64,000 nucleotides of DNA. Origin: Oceanispirochaeta sp. (lineage in GTDB: Bacteria > Spirochaetota > Spirochaetia > DSM-2461). The position numbers and the translations under genes are program-made. The stretch is from positions 2,112,001-2,176,000 of the forward strand of contig CAXXOA010000002.1 of the NCBI GenBank assembly GCA_963666275.2, given 5' to 3'. A model generated the notes under the pieces. That model was not told the origin of the DNA and made no database searches. It was given only the letters and a program-made list of their open reading frames with translations. Below, piece by piece: positions 39,021 to 48,891 of this stretch. The stretch's first letter is position 1, and each line of letters starts with the position of its first letter.

Positions 39021-40526
39021 TCAGTTCCGGTTCACCGACATGATCTGATCCAGTTTCAGAGCCATCAGCATCAGCAGGCGCCCCTCCTGGGACTTCACGT
39101 CGATTCCCGTAATGTTTTTGATCTTTTCAAGGCGCTGGTACATTGTATTTCTGTGGAGTCCCAGAGACTTTGAGGCTTCGGAGATATGAAAATCCCCCTG
39201 GGAGAGAATTCTGAGGGTTTCCAGAAGATTCTCCCTATAGGTTTCATCATTTTTCCGGAGCGTCTCAATGGAGTTCTTGTAGAGCCTTTTGAGTATGGGA
39301 TTCTCCCTCTGGCTCGACAGGAAGTGGTAGAGCAGCAGATCGTTGTATGTGAGGAACTTTTTCAGATGAGGCGAGAGGGACTGCCCCATTCTGAGGGTGA
39401 ACATGGCATCCTGATAGGCCTGCCTCATATCGAAGAGATCCTGATAGGCCCTGCTGTTGCCGACCTGACAGCGCAGATCGGGGTAGAGGTTCTCTATGCG
39501 CTTCATAAGCTGATTGACCCTCCCCGCGGCGGATTCATCACTCTCTTCATCTTTTTCGTGGATCGAAATGATCTGATCCTGATCGCTTAAGAATATATTT
39601 TTGGGAAAGTCGGTTTCGCACATCCTCACAATCCGATCCATGTTGTGTTTTTTCTGATCAAAATTGTACAAATGCATAATCCAGATATACCGGAGCCCCA
39701 CAAAATTGAGATTGTAGAGCTGGCTTTCCTTTATGACAGCTTCCTTGCTTGTATTGAGCCCGAAGATAAGGCTGAAAAGGAACTCGTTTTTTCTTTTTTT
39801 ATACTGGGCCGGAAAGTTCATCTCTCCCACACGGGCCATGAGAATGTAGGGACGGAGCAGTTTTCTCTGGATCTGATCGGGAGCCATGATGGAGGATCGT
39901 CCCTGGAGAAAGAAGAAGGCCGAAATGCTCCCGTAGGCCATCAGAGTATTGCCGTGCCACTTCTCATTTTCATGGGTAAAAAGGACTTCCTCCTGGCCGA
40001 TGGAGGAGTAGGATCGCTCATTTTCCAGGTGGTTGGCCCAGTCCTGAAAAGGGATCGACGCCGGGTTCTCTGTCCGGTTGTCCAGAACCAGTCTTTTATC
40101 AGGCCCCAGAATAACAATGGGGGCTCCTGTCACATAGCTGATAAGGCTGCACATATTGGTGAGCGAAAAGTGCAGACTCCCCGCCAGGCTGTTGAGGGTT
40201 TCCTTCAGCTCCTCAAAGAGAGAGTAGGGATCGTACTGATCGATCAGCTTATCCAGTGAGTCCACGGCTCCTGAGGGAAAAGCGGCCTTCTGCAGAGACT
40301 CCTGCCAGGGAAGGGGCACCGGGCCGGTGGGATTTATGATAAACAGACCCTGAACGTTTTTCACTTCCGCCAGTTCAATGAGGGAGCCGATCTCTTCTTC
40401 CTTCAGGAAATTGGTAAAAATACAGAGAACCTTGGACGATTCGATTCTGTATGTGTCAGCTACTGTGAAGACCAGGAGCATATCTTTTTTGGATACTGTG
40501 GGCAAGTTTTCTGATAACCAGGGCAT
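39021..40526 (-). CDS. PucR/CdaR family transcriptional regulator
   Basis: C-terminal HTH ISEASKSLGLHRNTMYQRLEKI. Confidence 0.85.
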   Translation of the reverse strand: MPWLSENLPTVSKKDMLLVFTVADTYRIESSKVLCIFTNFLKEEEIGSLIELAEVKNVQGLFIINPTGPVPLPWQESLQKAAFPSGAVDSLDKLIDQYDPYSLFEELKETLNSLAGSLHFSLTNMCSLISYVTGAPIVILGPDKRLVLDNRTENPASIPFQDWANHLENERSYSSIGQEEVLFTHENEKWHGNTLMAYGSISAFFFLQGRSSIMAPDQIQRKLLRPYILMARVGEMNFPAQYKKRKNEFLFSLIFGLNTSKEAVIKESQLYNLNFVGLRYIWIMHLYNFDQKKHNMDRIVRMCETDFPKNIFLSDQDQIISIHEKDEESDESAAGRVNQLMKRIENLYPDLRCQVGNSRAYQDLFDMRQAYQDAMFTLRMGQSLSPHLKKFLTYNDLLLYHFLSSQRENPILKRLYKNSIETLRKNDETYRENLLETLRILSQGDFHISEASKSLGLHRNTMYQRLEKIKNITGIDVKSQEGRLLMLMALKLDQIMSVNRN

Positions 40527-40616
40527 GAGCCATTATAGCATGAAAGAAAAACATCATAGAAGTCCGGAGGCTTTCGCCAGACCGGGAGGAGAAGAGATCA
40601 CTTTGAAGGGAAAAGA

Positions 40617-40664
40617 ACAGCCTCTCTGATGCCGTCGGGGGCCCGCGGTATTCAGAGAGGCTGT
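40617..40664 (-). terminator. Hairpin at the end of the peptide ABC operon
   Basis: ACAGCCTCTCTGA / TCAGAGAGGCTGT 13-bp stem. Confidence 0.7.
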
Positions 40665-40674
40665 AATAAAAACC

Positions 40675-41514
40675 TTATTCCTTATCCAACTGGATTCGGT
40701 CCAGAAAAGCCTGTTCTTCCGGGTTAACAACCGCGATGGCTTTTAATAGGCGTTTTGTATACTCCTTCCGGGGAGAATCAAAGATTTTATCCACTGTTCC
40801 CTGTTCCACAAGGTTACCCTGCTGAAGAATAATCACATCGTCCGCAAAGTTTTTCACCAGGGCCAGGTCATGGGTTATGAAAAAGTAGGTTATCTGATAC
40901 TGATCCTTGATAGACTGGAGCAGGTCGATAACTTTACTCTGTACAGACACATCCAGGGCTGATGTGGGTTCATCCAGAACAATAACAGGAGATTTCAGAG
41001 CGATGGCCCTGGCAATCCCTATCCTCTGCTTCTGTCCGCCGCTGAGCATATGGGGATAGCGCTCAAGGAAGGACTGGGGAAGATGAACTACATCCATCAG
41101 TTCCCTGACCTGTTTCAGACGGGCCGCTTTATCTCCTGTCTGGTGGACGATCATGGGTTCCTCTATAATCTCTTTGAGAGTTTTCCGTGGATTCAGAGAG
41201 GAAGTGGGGTCCTGATGGACTATCTGAACTTTCTGCCGGAACTTTTTCAGATCCTGTTTGCTCTGAATCGCGGAAATGTCCATGCCGTCCAACGTTATCA
41301 CACCCTTTGTGGGGACTTCAAATTTCATCAGCATTTTGGCCATGGTTGTTTTTCCGGAACCTGATTCGCCGATGACCGCAAAGGTTTTGCCTCTCTCAAT
41401 TTTGAAAGACACATCATCTACGGCTTTGACAAGATTTTTCCCCTGACCCAGAAGGGACTTCTCTCCTCCGAAATATTTACAGACATTTTTAAATTCAACT
41501 ATTGTATCGGACAT
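40675..41514 (-). CDS. Dipeptide/oligopeptide ABC ATPase (OppF/DppF-like)
   Basis: GESGSGKT, LSGGQKQR, DEPTSALD. Confidence 0.92.
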   Translation of the reverse strand: MSDTIVEFKNVCKYFGGEKSLLGQGKNLVKAVDDVSFKIERGKTFAVIGESGSGKTTMAKMLMKFEVPTKGVITLDGMDISAIQSKQDLKKFRQKVQIVHQDPTSSLNPRKTLKEIIEEPMIVHQTGDKAARLKQVRELMDVVHLPQSFLERYPHMLSGGQKQRIGIARAIALKSPVIVLDEPTSALDVSVQSKVIDLLQSIKDQYQITYFFITHDLALVKNFADDVIILQQGNLVEQGTVDKIFDSPRKEYTKRLLKAIAVVNPEEQAFLDRIQLDKE

Positions 41515-41529
41515 TCGGTAACTCCTGGA

Positions 41530-42366
41530 CTATATGATCTTGGGCAGCACATCAAGCAGGTGCCTGGTGTAGTCGGTCTGCGGGTTGAGGAATACATCCT
41601 GACTGAGGCCTTCTTCCACAACTTCTCCCAGTTTCATAACGTAGGTCCGTGTTCCCAGCTGCTTGGCAACGCCCAGGTTATGGGTTATGAAAAACATGGC
41701 GATGTTCTCTTCTTCCACAAGGCGTTTCAGTTCCATATTGATACTGGCCTGTACTGTGACATCCAGAGAGGTTCCCGGTTCGTCCGCCAGCAGCAGCCTG
41801 GGAGTTTTGATCAGAGCCATGGCAATGATCACCCTCTGTTTCATACCGCCGGAAAGTTCAAAAGGATACATTTTGAGTATGTTTTCGGGATGGGGAAGAC
41901 TCATTTTTTCAAGGAGATGGATCGACCGGTCCCTGGCCTCTTTCTTCAGGATTTTCGCTGATCTTCTGTAGCCTCGGAAGGTGGAATTTTTCCCCTGATA
42001 CAGATAGATGTTCTCCATCTGTTTTCCGATGGTGAAAACAGGATTGAGGGCAATCATGGGATCCTGGAATACCATGGAAATTTCACTTCCCCTGATACGC
42101 TGGATCTCATTCTCATTCATGGCGAGGATATTCTCCCCTCTGAACAGAATCTCTCCCTCCGTATAGACAGCGGGAGGTGTGGGGATCAGCCGGAGGATCG
42201 ACCGGATTGAAACGGACTTTCCGCTGCCTGATTCTCCCACTATGGTGACAATTTCACCTTCATTGATATGAATGTTCACATCCTTGATGGTGGGAGTTAT
42301 CTTCTTCTCGTCATTCAGGAATCCGATACTCATATGATTTATTTCAAGTAAATGTTTTTTTTCCAT
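41530..42366 (-). CDS. Dipeptide/oligopeptide ABC ATPase (OppD/DppD-like)
   Basis: GESGSGKS, FQDPM, LSGGMKQR. Confidence 0.92.
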   Translation of the reverse strand: MEKKHLLEINHMSIGFLNDEKKITPTIKDVNIHINEGEIVTIVGESGSGKSVSIRSILRLIPTPPAVYTEGEILFRGENILAMNENEIQRIRGSEISMVFQDPMIALNPVFTIGKQMENIYLYQGKNSTFRGYRRSAKILKKEARDRSIHLLEKMSLPHPENILKMYPFELSGGMKQRVIIAMALIKTPRLLLADEPGTSLDVTVQASINMELKRLVEEENIAMFFITHNLGVAKQLGTRTYVMKLGEVVEEGLSQDVFLNPQTDYTRHLLDVLPKII

Positions 42367-42378
42367 ACTGATCTCCTG

Positions 42379-43266
42379 TTAAACCTGTACATCCAGAGCA
42401 TCGCGGAGACCGTCACCGAGGAAACTGAATCCCAGAACTGTAATCATAATGGCCAGACCGGGAAATACCGAAGACCACCATACCGTGGGCATGAAGGTTC
42501 TGCCCGATGCGATCATGGTTCCCCATTCGGGGGTGGGGGGAAGAGCTCCCAGTCCCAGGAATCCCAGACTGGCCCCGGTCAGGATGACAAATCCCACGTC
42601 TGTTGAAATCTTCACTATAATGGTGGGAAGACAGTTGGGAAGGATTTCATGAAACATGATTCTCCACTGGCTGGCACCGATTCCTTCTGAGGAGATAATG
42701 AACTGTTCGTTCTTGATTTTCAGAGTTTCCGCCTGTACCAGACGGGTAAACCAGGGCCACCATCCAAAGGATATGGCAATCATGGAGTTCATCAGATTCG
42801 GTTCCAGTATGGCCGCCACAGCCATGGCCAGTATGATCGAGGGAACCGCCAGAAAAATATCGGTGATTCTCATAATGATTTTGTTGGTCCATCCGCCCCG
42901 GTAGCCCGCAAACAGTCCCAGGGGAACACCGATCAAAACGGCAATAGTCAGTACAACCACGCCCATCATGAGGGAATACCGGGACCCGTATATGACGCGG
43001 CTGAGAATATCTCTTCCGATTTCATCCGTGCCGAACAGAAACTCCCTGCTGGGGGGCTCATTGACCCGGCTGAAATGGATATCTCCTTTGGAATCATCAG
43101 GATAGGGTGCCAGGAGCGGGGCGAAAACCGCGGAAAACAGGATGGCAATGACTATGACAAAGCCGACAATGGTCAGCTTATTATGGAAAAGTCTTTTGAA
43201 CATCTTCCTGCGGCTGGAATATTTTTCTTCATGTTGTGCGTTCATGGTCTTTTCCTTATTTTCCAA
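42379..43266 (-). CDS. Peptide ABC permease (OppC/DppC-like)
   Basis: FGTDEIGRD, PPTPEWG, LGDGLRDALD. Confidence 0.92.
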   Translation of the reverse strand: MENKEKTMNAQHEEKYSSRRKMFKRLFHNKLTIVGFVIVIAILFSAVFAPLLAPYPDDSKGDIHFSRVNEPPSREFLFGTDEIGRDILSRVIYGSRYSLMMGVVVLTIAVLIGVPLGLFAGYRGGWTNKIIMRITDIFLAVPSIILAMAVAAILEPNLMNSMIAISFGWWPWFTRLVQAETLKIKNEQFIISSEGIGASQWRIMFHEILPNCLPTIIVKISTDVGFVILTGASLGFLGLGALPPTPEWGTMIASGRTFMPTVWWSSVFPGLAIMITVLGFSFLGDGLRDALDVQV

Positions 43267-44257
43267 GCCGGATACGGGGATCCAGGATGCTGTAGATCAG
43301 ATCCACCACCAGATTGATAATGGCAAATATAATACCGATTACCAGAGTCACTCCGATAATGGCGTTGTAGTCTTTATACATCAGACCGGCAATGCTGTAG
43401 GAAGCCATGCCGGGCCATCCGAAAACGGTTTCTACAAGGAAGGCGTTCCCGATGAGAGAGCCGAACTGCATGCCTATGATGGAGAGAATGGTTATGAAAG
43501 CATTTTTAAGCATGTACTGATTGATGATCAGGTTCTTCGGAAGGCCGTAGGACCTGGCGGCCACAATATACTCTTTATTGAGCTGTTCCATCATATTGGT
43601 TCTTGTAAGCCTCATGATCTGAGCCGCTGAAGCGATGGCCAGAGAGACTGCCGGAATGATGATATGTTTAAGGCTGTCAAAAAAAGCGGGAAAATTCAGA
43701 GTCAGAAGACTGTCCAGCAGCCAGAGACCCGTGATATGGGAAGGAACAATATTCCCGCGGCCTATAACAGGCATAACGCCCAGAATGTAGCTGAAAACAA
43801 ACTGGAGCAGGATCGCCAGCCAGAAACGGGGGATGGCAATCCCTGAGAGTGAGACTATTCGAATCAAATGGTCTGCAAATTTGTTGTTCTTCACTGCGGC
43901 AAGAACACCCAGGGGAACACCCAGCAGGATGGCAATCACCATTCCAACCAGACAGAGCTCAAAGGTTGCGGCAAAACTTTCTCGGATATCCTGGTAGACA
44001 TTATGCTGCGTCCGCAGTGAGTATCCCCAGTCTCCTTTGAAAATACCGCCTATATACCTCAGGTACTGCATGTATACTGGCTGGTCCAATCCCATCTTTT
44101 CCGTCAATTGAGCAATCTGCTCGGGTGTGGCATCCATTCCGGCTGCCAGCTTGACCGAATCTCCCGGGATAATGCGTGTTAGTGCAAAGATAAGCAAAGA
44201 CAACCCGATCAAAGTGGGTATCATTTCCAAAATCCTGTGTAATAACTCTTTCCTCAT
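43256..44257 (-). CDS. Peptide ABC permease (OppB/DppB-like)
   Basis: GLDQP, ARSYGL, VETVFGWPG, LDPRIR. Confidence 0.92.
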   Translation of the reverse strand: MRKELLHRILEMIPTLIGLSLLIFALTRIIPGDSVKLAAGMDATPEQIAQLTEKMGLDQPVYMQYLRYIGGIFKGDWGYSLRTQHNVYQDIRESFAATFELCLVGMVIAILLGVPLGVLAAVKNNKFADHLIRIVSLSGIAIPRFWLAILLQFVFSYILGVMPVIGRGNIVPSHITGLWLLDSLLTLNFPAFFDSLKHIIIPAVSLAIASAAQIMRLTRTNMMEQLNKEYIVAARSYGLPKNLIINQYMLKNAFITILSIIGMQFGSLIGNAFLVETVFGWPGMASYSIAGLMYKDYNAIIGVTLVIGIIFAIINLVVDLIYSILDPRIRLGK

Positions 44258-44282
44258 CGATCATCCTTCTGTTAAAAAAACA

Positions 44283-44319
44283 GGACTGCCGCTGAACCGT
44301 TTCCGGAGGGCGGCAGTCC
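44283..44319 (-). terminator. Intra-operon hairpin downstream of the SBP gene
   Basis: GGACTGCCGC / GCGGCAGTCC stem followed by a T-tract on the minus strand. Confidence 0.65.
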
Positions 44320-44329
44320 GTAAAAACCA

Positions 44330-45955
44330 TTATTTAACTGTTAAACTGTAAAAATTGATATCATATCCCATGAGGCCTACGTAGGTGTAACCCTCAACAT
44401 TCTTTCTCATGGCCACCCTGTGAGTGGGGTTGGCTACAAAAACGGCAGGAACCAGTTCGGCTGCCATAACCTGAGACTCTTCGTAAAGAGCTTTCTGCTC
44501 GGCCGGATCAGTGGCTTTTCTCGCTTCTACAAGAACCTCGTCTATGGCGGAGTTGGCTGCCCAGTGCATGGACCGGTAGCTTCCGGCAGTCGATGAGTGG
44601 AGGATACCATAGGTATGGCTGTCCACATGGGGGTACTTGAGGGAGTCGGAAATAACGGTCAGGTTGGCAGTTGTCTCGATTGAAGAGGCGGACTGGGTTA
44701 CCTGAGCCCATGTGACAGGCTTGGGAACAACTTTGATTCCGATAGCCTGCAGGTTGGCGGCGATGAGCTGGCTGAACTGACGCTGCTCAACAGTGTCGGC
44801 CAGGTACATAAAGGTTACTGAGATATCCTGACCGGCATACTTTGACTGGGCCAGATACTCTTTTGCCTTTGCCACGTCCTGAGTGACAGGGGTCACCGCT
44901 GAAGCGTGTCCGGGAACAACAGTGGGAACAAAACCGGCGGCAGGATTGGCGTGTCCCAGGATATCATTCAGGGCGGAAGAGTAATCGAAAGCAGACGCAA
45001 TGGCCCGTCTTACATTGATATCATCAGTAGGTGCCAGTTTGGTGTTCATGGGAAAGTACTGAAGCTTGGCGCTGGGAGCAGCTGCCACTTTGATGTTTTC
45101 ATTCTTCGCCATATCGGTAAAGGCGGAAACCGCCAGCCACTGATGGACCATATCGGCCTGACCGGAAACAAGCAGTGTTTTGACTGTTGCTTCTTCCAGG
45201 ATGGTCTGCATTCTTGCTTTTCTGATCTGACCTTCAGACCATCCTTTCCAGTAGCCTTCGTAGGCTGTGAAATCCAGATAGGACTGTCTGTTCCAGTCTG
45301 CCAGAACATAGGGACCGGAACCGGCGCTGTTTTCAGCAATATAGGCCTGTCCGTAATCGCCTTCTTCGCCGAACTCTCCCTCCTCTTTATTCTCTCTCAG
45401 AAGTTTGCTGTCCACAATGTAGAGCTGGGTCAGAGAGGAGATGAAAGGGGCATAGGGGGATTCCAGAGTGAAAACGACTGTATTGGCATCGGGTGTGCTT
45501 ACATCACTGAGAATACTGCTCCAGAGCCAGGCGTTTCCCTGGTTGATGGCGATCATTCTTTCCATAGAGTAGACAACATCAGCAGCGCTGAGGGCATTTC
45601 CGCTCTGGAAAAGCACATCGTCGCGGATGGTCATTGTGTATTCTGTTCCCGCATCATTGACGGTATATCCCGTGGCGATATGGGGAGCAGGATCCATGGA
45701 ATTGTTGGCTACATCCGGATAGAAAAGGGGATCATAAAGATTCACAGCTGTGATAATCTCTGTTTCATCCTTAACTTTGGCCGGATCAATTGTGTTCACA
45801 AGCTGCTGTGAAATATAAAGGAAAGTGTCATCAGAACCCTGAGCTCCCGAAGAAGCTGCTGCCTGATTTTCTGTCTGCCCGGCGGCAAACATGGGGAATG
45901 CAATCATGGAAATCAGAAAAGACGCCATGATAGTTCTTTTAATTATGTGTTTCAT
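44330..45955 (-). CDS. Family 5 (peptide/nickel) ABC substrate-binding protein
   Basis: Signal peptide ..FAAGQ; IDPA, GSGPY, VRRAIA. Confidence 0.9.
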   Translation of the reverse strand: MKHIIKRTIMASFLISMIAFPMFAAGQTENQAAASSGAQGSDDTFLYISQQLVNTIDPAKVKDETEIITAVNLYDPLFYPDVANNSMDPAPHIATGYTVNDAGTEYTMTIRDDVLFQSGNALSAADVVYSMERMIAINQGNAWLWSSILSDVSTPDANTVVFTLESPYAPFISSLTQLYIVDSKLLRENKEEGEFGEEGDYGQAYIAENSAGSGPYVLADWNRQSYLDFTAYEGYWKGWSEGQIRKARMQTILEEATVKTLLVSGQADMVHQWLAVSAFTDMAKNENIKVAAAPSAKLQYFPMNTKLAPTDDINVRRAIASAFDYSSALNDILGHANPAAGFVPTVVPGHASAVTPVTQDVAKAKEYLAQSKYAGQDISVTFMYLADTVEQRQFSQLIAANLQAIGIKVVPKPVTWAQVTQSASSIETTANLTVISDSLKYPHVDSHTYGILHSSTAGSYRSMHWAANSAIDEVLVEARKATDPAEQKALYEESQVMAAELVPAVFVANPTHRVAMRKNVEGYTYVGLMGYDINFYSLTVK

Positions 45956-45990
45956 CCAAGTACCTCCAATACTGTACGGGGTTTGTGCTA

Positions 45991-46203
45991 ACTTTATGTA
46001 TGATCAGAGAAATCAGCAATGTGCATATATACATCCCCATAGATGAATGAGACTCTGCTCTATTTATACCTTTATGTAGATACCACATTTTTGTATGTCC
46101 CTTTTATGAGATTCCTCCTGTTTTCGATATTTTTCCCGGTTCGTGAGAATTAAAGAAGGGCTCGGGGATGTTTTCCTACCTGAATGTAGTGTGCATCTAT
46201 ACA
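45991..46203 (-). promoter_or_regulatory. Three operator-like boxes plus sigma70 promoter TTGCTG-N17-TAAAGT
   Basis: Collinear match to 34136-34347. Confidence 0.75.
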
Positions 46204-46441
46204 TATTTTAAAAATCCATACCTCTGTTTTTTATTTTATAGTTTAGTAGAATAGGAATCAGAAAGAAAATAAATCGCCCGAACAGTTGAAAACAGCATTG
46301 GGAAAAAAGAATAAATCATTGGATTATAGAGTATTAGTTCCTGTAAGTTTACAAAACAGTATCCCTTTCCTCCGTCTGATCTTAAGAGGGGAACAGGAAT
46401 GGAACCGACAATAATCTTTTGAAGATTTGAAAGGAATCGAT

Positions 46442-46972
46442 ATGGAATTTTCAGACGTTATCAGTAAAAGGCACAGTATAAGGAGTTTCAAAGAGACCCC
46501 GGTTTCCCGGGAAATTTTAAACTCTCTCCTGGAAGCCGGAATTCAGGCCCCTACAGCCAGTAACCTGCAGGCCTGGCGTTTTGTGGTGGTCCATGATCCC
46601 GGAGTGGTCCGGAAAATCAATATGTTCAGTCCCGGAATGAGCGGCGGTCCCGCGGCGGTGATAGCCATCTGTTCTGACTACGGATATGCCGAGGCAAAAA
46701 AATCGGGTAAACACTACAAAGATTACGGCTGTATCATGGATGCTTCCATGGCTGCCCAGAATATAATGCTCGCGGCGGTTGATGCAGGCCTGGGAACCTG
46801 CGCCATAAAATCCTATACCGAATCGGCAGTGCGGAAAATCCTCAAGCTCCCCGAAGAGATCCATCTTGAAATTCTCATAGCTGTGGGATATCCCGCCGGA
46901 GAAGGGCGGAATGTGCCCCGGAAAGGTTTGAACGAAATTGTCAGCTACAACAGCTGGGGGAGTGAAGAATGA
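46442..46972 (+). CDS. Nitroreductase family flavoprotein
   Basis: KRHSIRSF, APTASNLQAW, MAAQNIML, GLGTC. Confidence 0.9.
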   Translation: MEFSDVISKRHSIRSFKETPVSREILNSLLEAGIQAPTASNLQAWRFVVVHDPGVVRKINMFSPGMSGGPAAVIAICSDYGYAEAKKSGKHYKDYGCIMDASMAAQNIMLAAVDAGLGTCAIKSYTESAVRKILKLPEEIHLEILIAVGYPAGEGRNVPRKGLNEIVSYNSWGSEE

Positions 46973-47247
46973 AAAATATCAATGAAGAACTTTATGCCCT
47001 GCTGGCCTACCTTGTCAGCAGCGCCGCCAGGCTGGGGGAGGAACCGGCATCCTACGGTCCCATACGGCTCATTGAAGGAGCGAAAAGACTCTCTGCCGTA
47101 CTGGCCCTGACGGATGAAGAAAAATCTTCTGAGCTTAAGGAGCTGGCGCATCTTATAGAAGAGGGCAGACAGAAGAGCATGAGCGACGAAGCCGCTTTTC
47201 AGGATATGCTGGATCAGACTGTGGAGAGATTGGTGGATATTGTCTGA
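46969..47247 (+). CDS. Small conserved protein (DUF6092-like)
   Basis: YLVSSAARL.EEP..YGP.RL pattern; ATGA overlap with the nitroreductase. Confidence 0.65.
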   Translation: MKNINEELYALLAYLVSSAARLGEEPASYGPIRLIEGAKRLSAVLALTDEEKSSELKELAHLIEEGRQKSMSDEAAFQDMLDQTVERLVDIV

Positions 47248-47617
47248 GAGTGGGGTTGCGGGATCATCTCTCATCGGTCCTGCAATGCTGAAAATATGGT
47301 CATCTGCTGCCGGATGAGATTCCAATATATCATCTGATCATTCCCGCACGCTTTGGCTTTTCAGATATATTTTCCGTAAGTCCGCTACTTTCAGGAGGGG
47401 AAATCCTACCGTTCATCCGGCTATTTGGCTCTTTAATGGGAAAAGACGCAGTCAGGCCTCTTTTCATTCTGCTGAATATGCTTCCATGGTATCATTATTA
47501 GATTTTCAGAGGGTTTTCTGATGCATAGACATCATACCGACCCGGTTAAGATATCCTGCCGGGACTGTTTCGGGTCTGTCTACAGTATCGCATCCCATTT
47601 CACAGAAAGGAAAAGGA

Positions 47618-48703
47618 GTGTCAATTTTGAAACTGAATCGAAACAATTACAAATATTCTCTCTTGTCTCCCACCAGTATGGGAGTCCGGCTGACACCGGC
47701 TGACAGGCAGCCTGTTCATGCTTCTTCTCAGTTTTCACTGCAGGTGACCAGTGCGGAAACCAATGTGCTCAGTGTGGCAGCCTCTCTGGGGGAACCCGTG
47801 AAGGTTCTGACCGCATTTGTAAAGGACAGCCCCATCGCCCGTTTGATAAAGGACAATCTGGCCGGACGGCACATGGATTACGAGGGACCCGAACGGGATC
47901 AGGGAGGGCCCTGGGGATACAGGCATCAGTTCAATATCGCCGATTCGGGTTTTGGAAACCGGGGCCCCCGGGTGCATAATGACAGGGCCGGAGAAGTGGG
48001 GCGGACTCTGAAGACTTCAGATTTTGATCTTGACCGCCTCTTCGGTGAAGAAGGTGTGGGGATTGTCCATCTTTCGGGGCTGATCGCAGCTCTGTCTCCC
48101 GAAACCGGATCGTTCTGTCTTGAAATGGCACGGGCCGCTAAAAAGCACAATACAAAGATCTCTTTCGATCTGAACTACAGGGAGAGTTTCTGGGTTGACC
48201 GGAAGGAGGAACTGGGAGGAATTTTCCGGGAAATCGCAGACCTTTCTGACATTCTGATAGGCAATGAAGAGGACTTTCAGCTCTGCCTGGGGATCCCGGG
48301 GCCTGAAGCCGGGGGACACAGGATAGAAGAGAAGATAGAAGGGTTCAAAGAGATGATCCTCCGGCTGCGCAAAGAGTTTCCCCGGGCGGAAGTTTTTGCC
48401 ACCACTCTCCGGGAGGTGGTCAGTGCCAACTCTCATCTCTGGGGGGCCATCCTTTCTGCTGGAGATGAAATCTATGTGGAATCACCCAGAGAAATTGCCG
48501 TCTTTGACAGGATCGGCGGGGGCGACGGATTTGTCGGGGGAATACTCTACGGCATTGTCAAAGCCTGGGAACCGGTAAAATGGCTCCGTTTCGGCTGGGC
48601 AACCGGTGCTCTGGCGGCATCTATGGCCACCGATTACGGGCAGCCTGTCGATGAAGATCAGGTCTGGAGCCTCTGGGAGGGAAATGCCCGGGTCAAACGG
48701 TAA
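47618..48703 (+). CDS. PfkB family sugar kinase (KDG kinase-like)
   Basis: FDLNYR, GNEEDF, DRIGGGDGF. Confidence 0.88.
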   Translation: MSILKLNRNNYKYSLLSPTSMGVRLTPADRQPVHASSQFSLQVTSAETNVLSVAASLGEPVKVLTAFVKDSPIARLIKDNLAGRHMDYEGPERDQGGPWGYRHQFNIADSGFGNRGPRVHNDRAGEVGRTLKTSDFDLDRLFGEEGVGIVHLSGLIAALSPETGSFCLEMARAAKKHNTKISFDLNYRESFWVDRKEELGGIFREIADLSDILIGNEEDFQLCLGIPGPEAGGHRIEEKIEGFKEMILRLRKEFPRAEVFATTLREVVSANSHLWGAILSAGDEIYVESPREIAVFDRIGGGDGFVGGILYGIVKAWEPVKWLRFGWATGALAASMATDYGQPVDEDQVWSLWEGNARVKR

Positions 48704-48891
48704 TGGCAGCAGGGATGTCATAATCCCTGTAAATTTGTCCGGTTAAAAATTTTTTCATTCCAAAGAAATTGTATTTGACTGTTTATTACTCCTTAAGTAG
48801 TGATATACTTTCAAAGCCGGGAGAGAAGTTCCTTTTTTGCCGGAATTCACTCTAAAACAGGGAAACTTTGAAAGGGAGTAATCGTAAGAGT

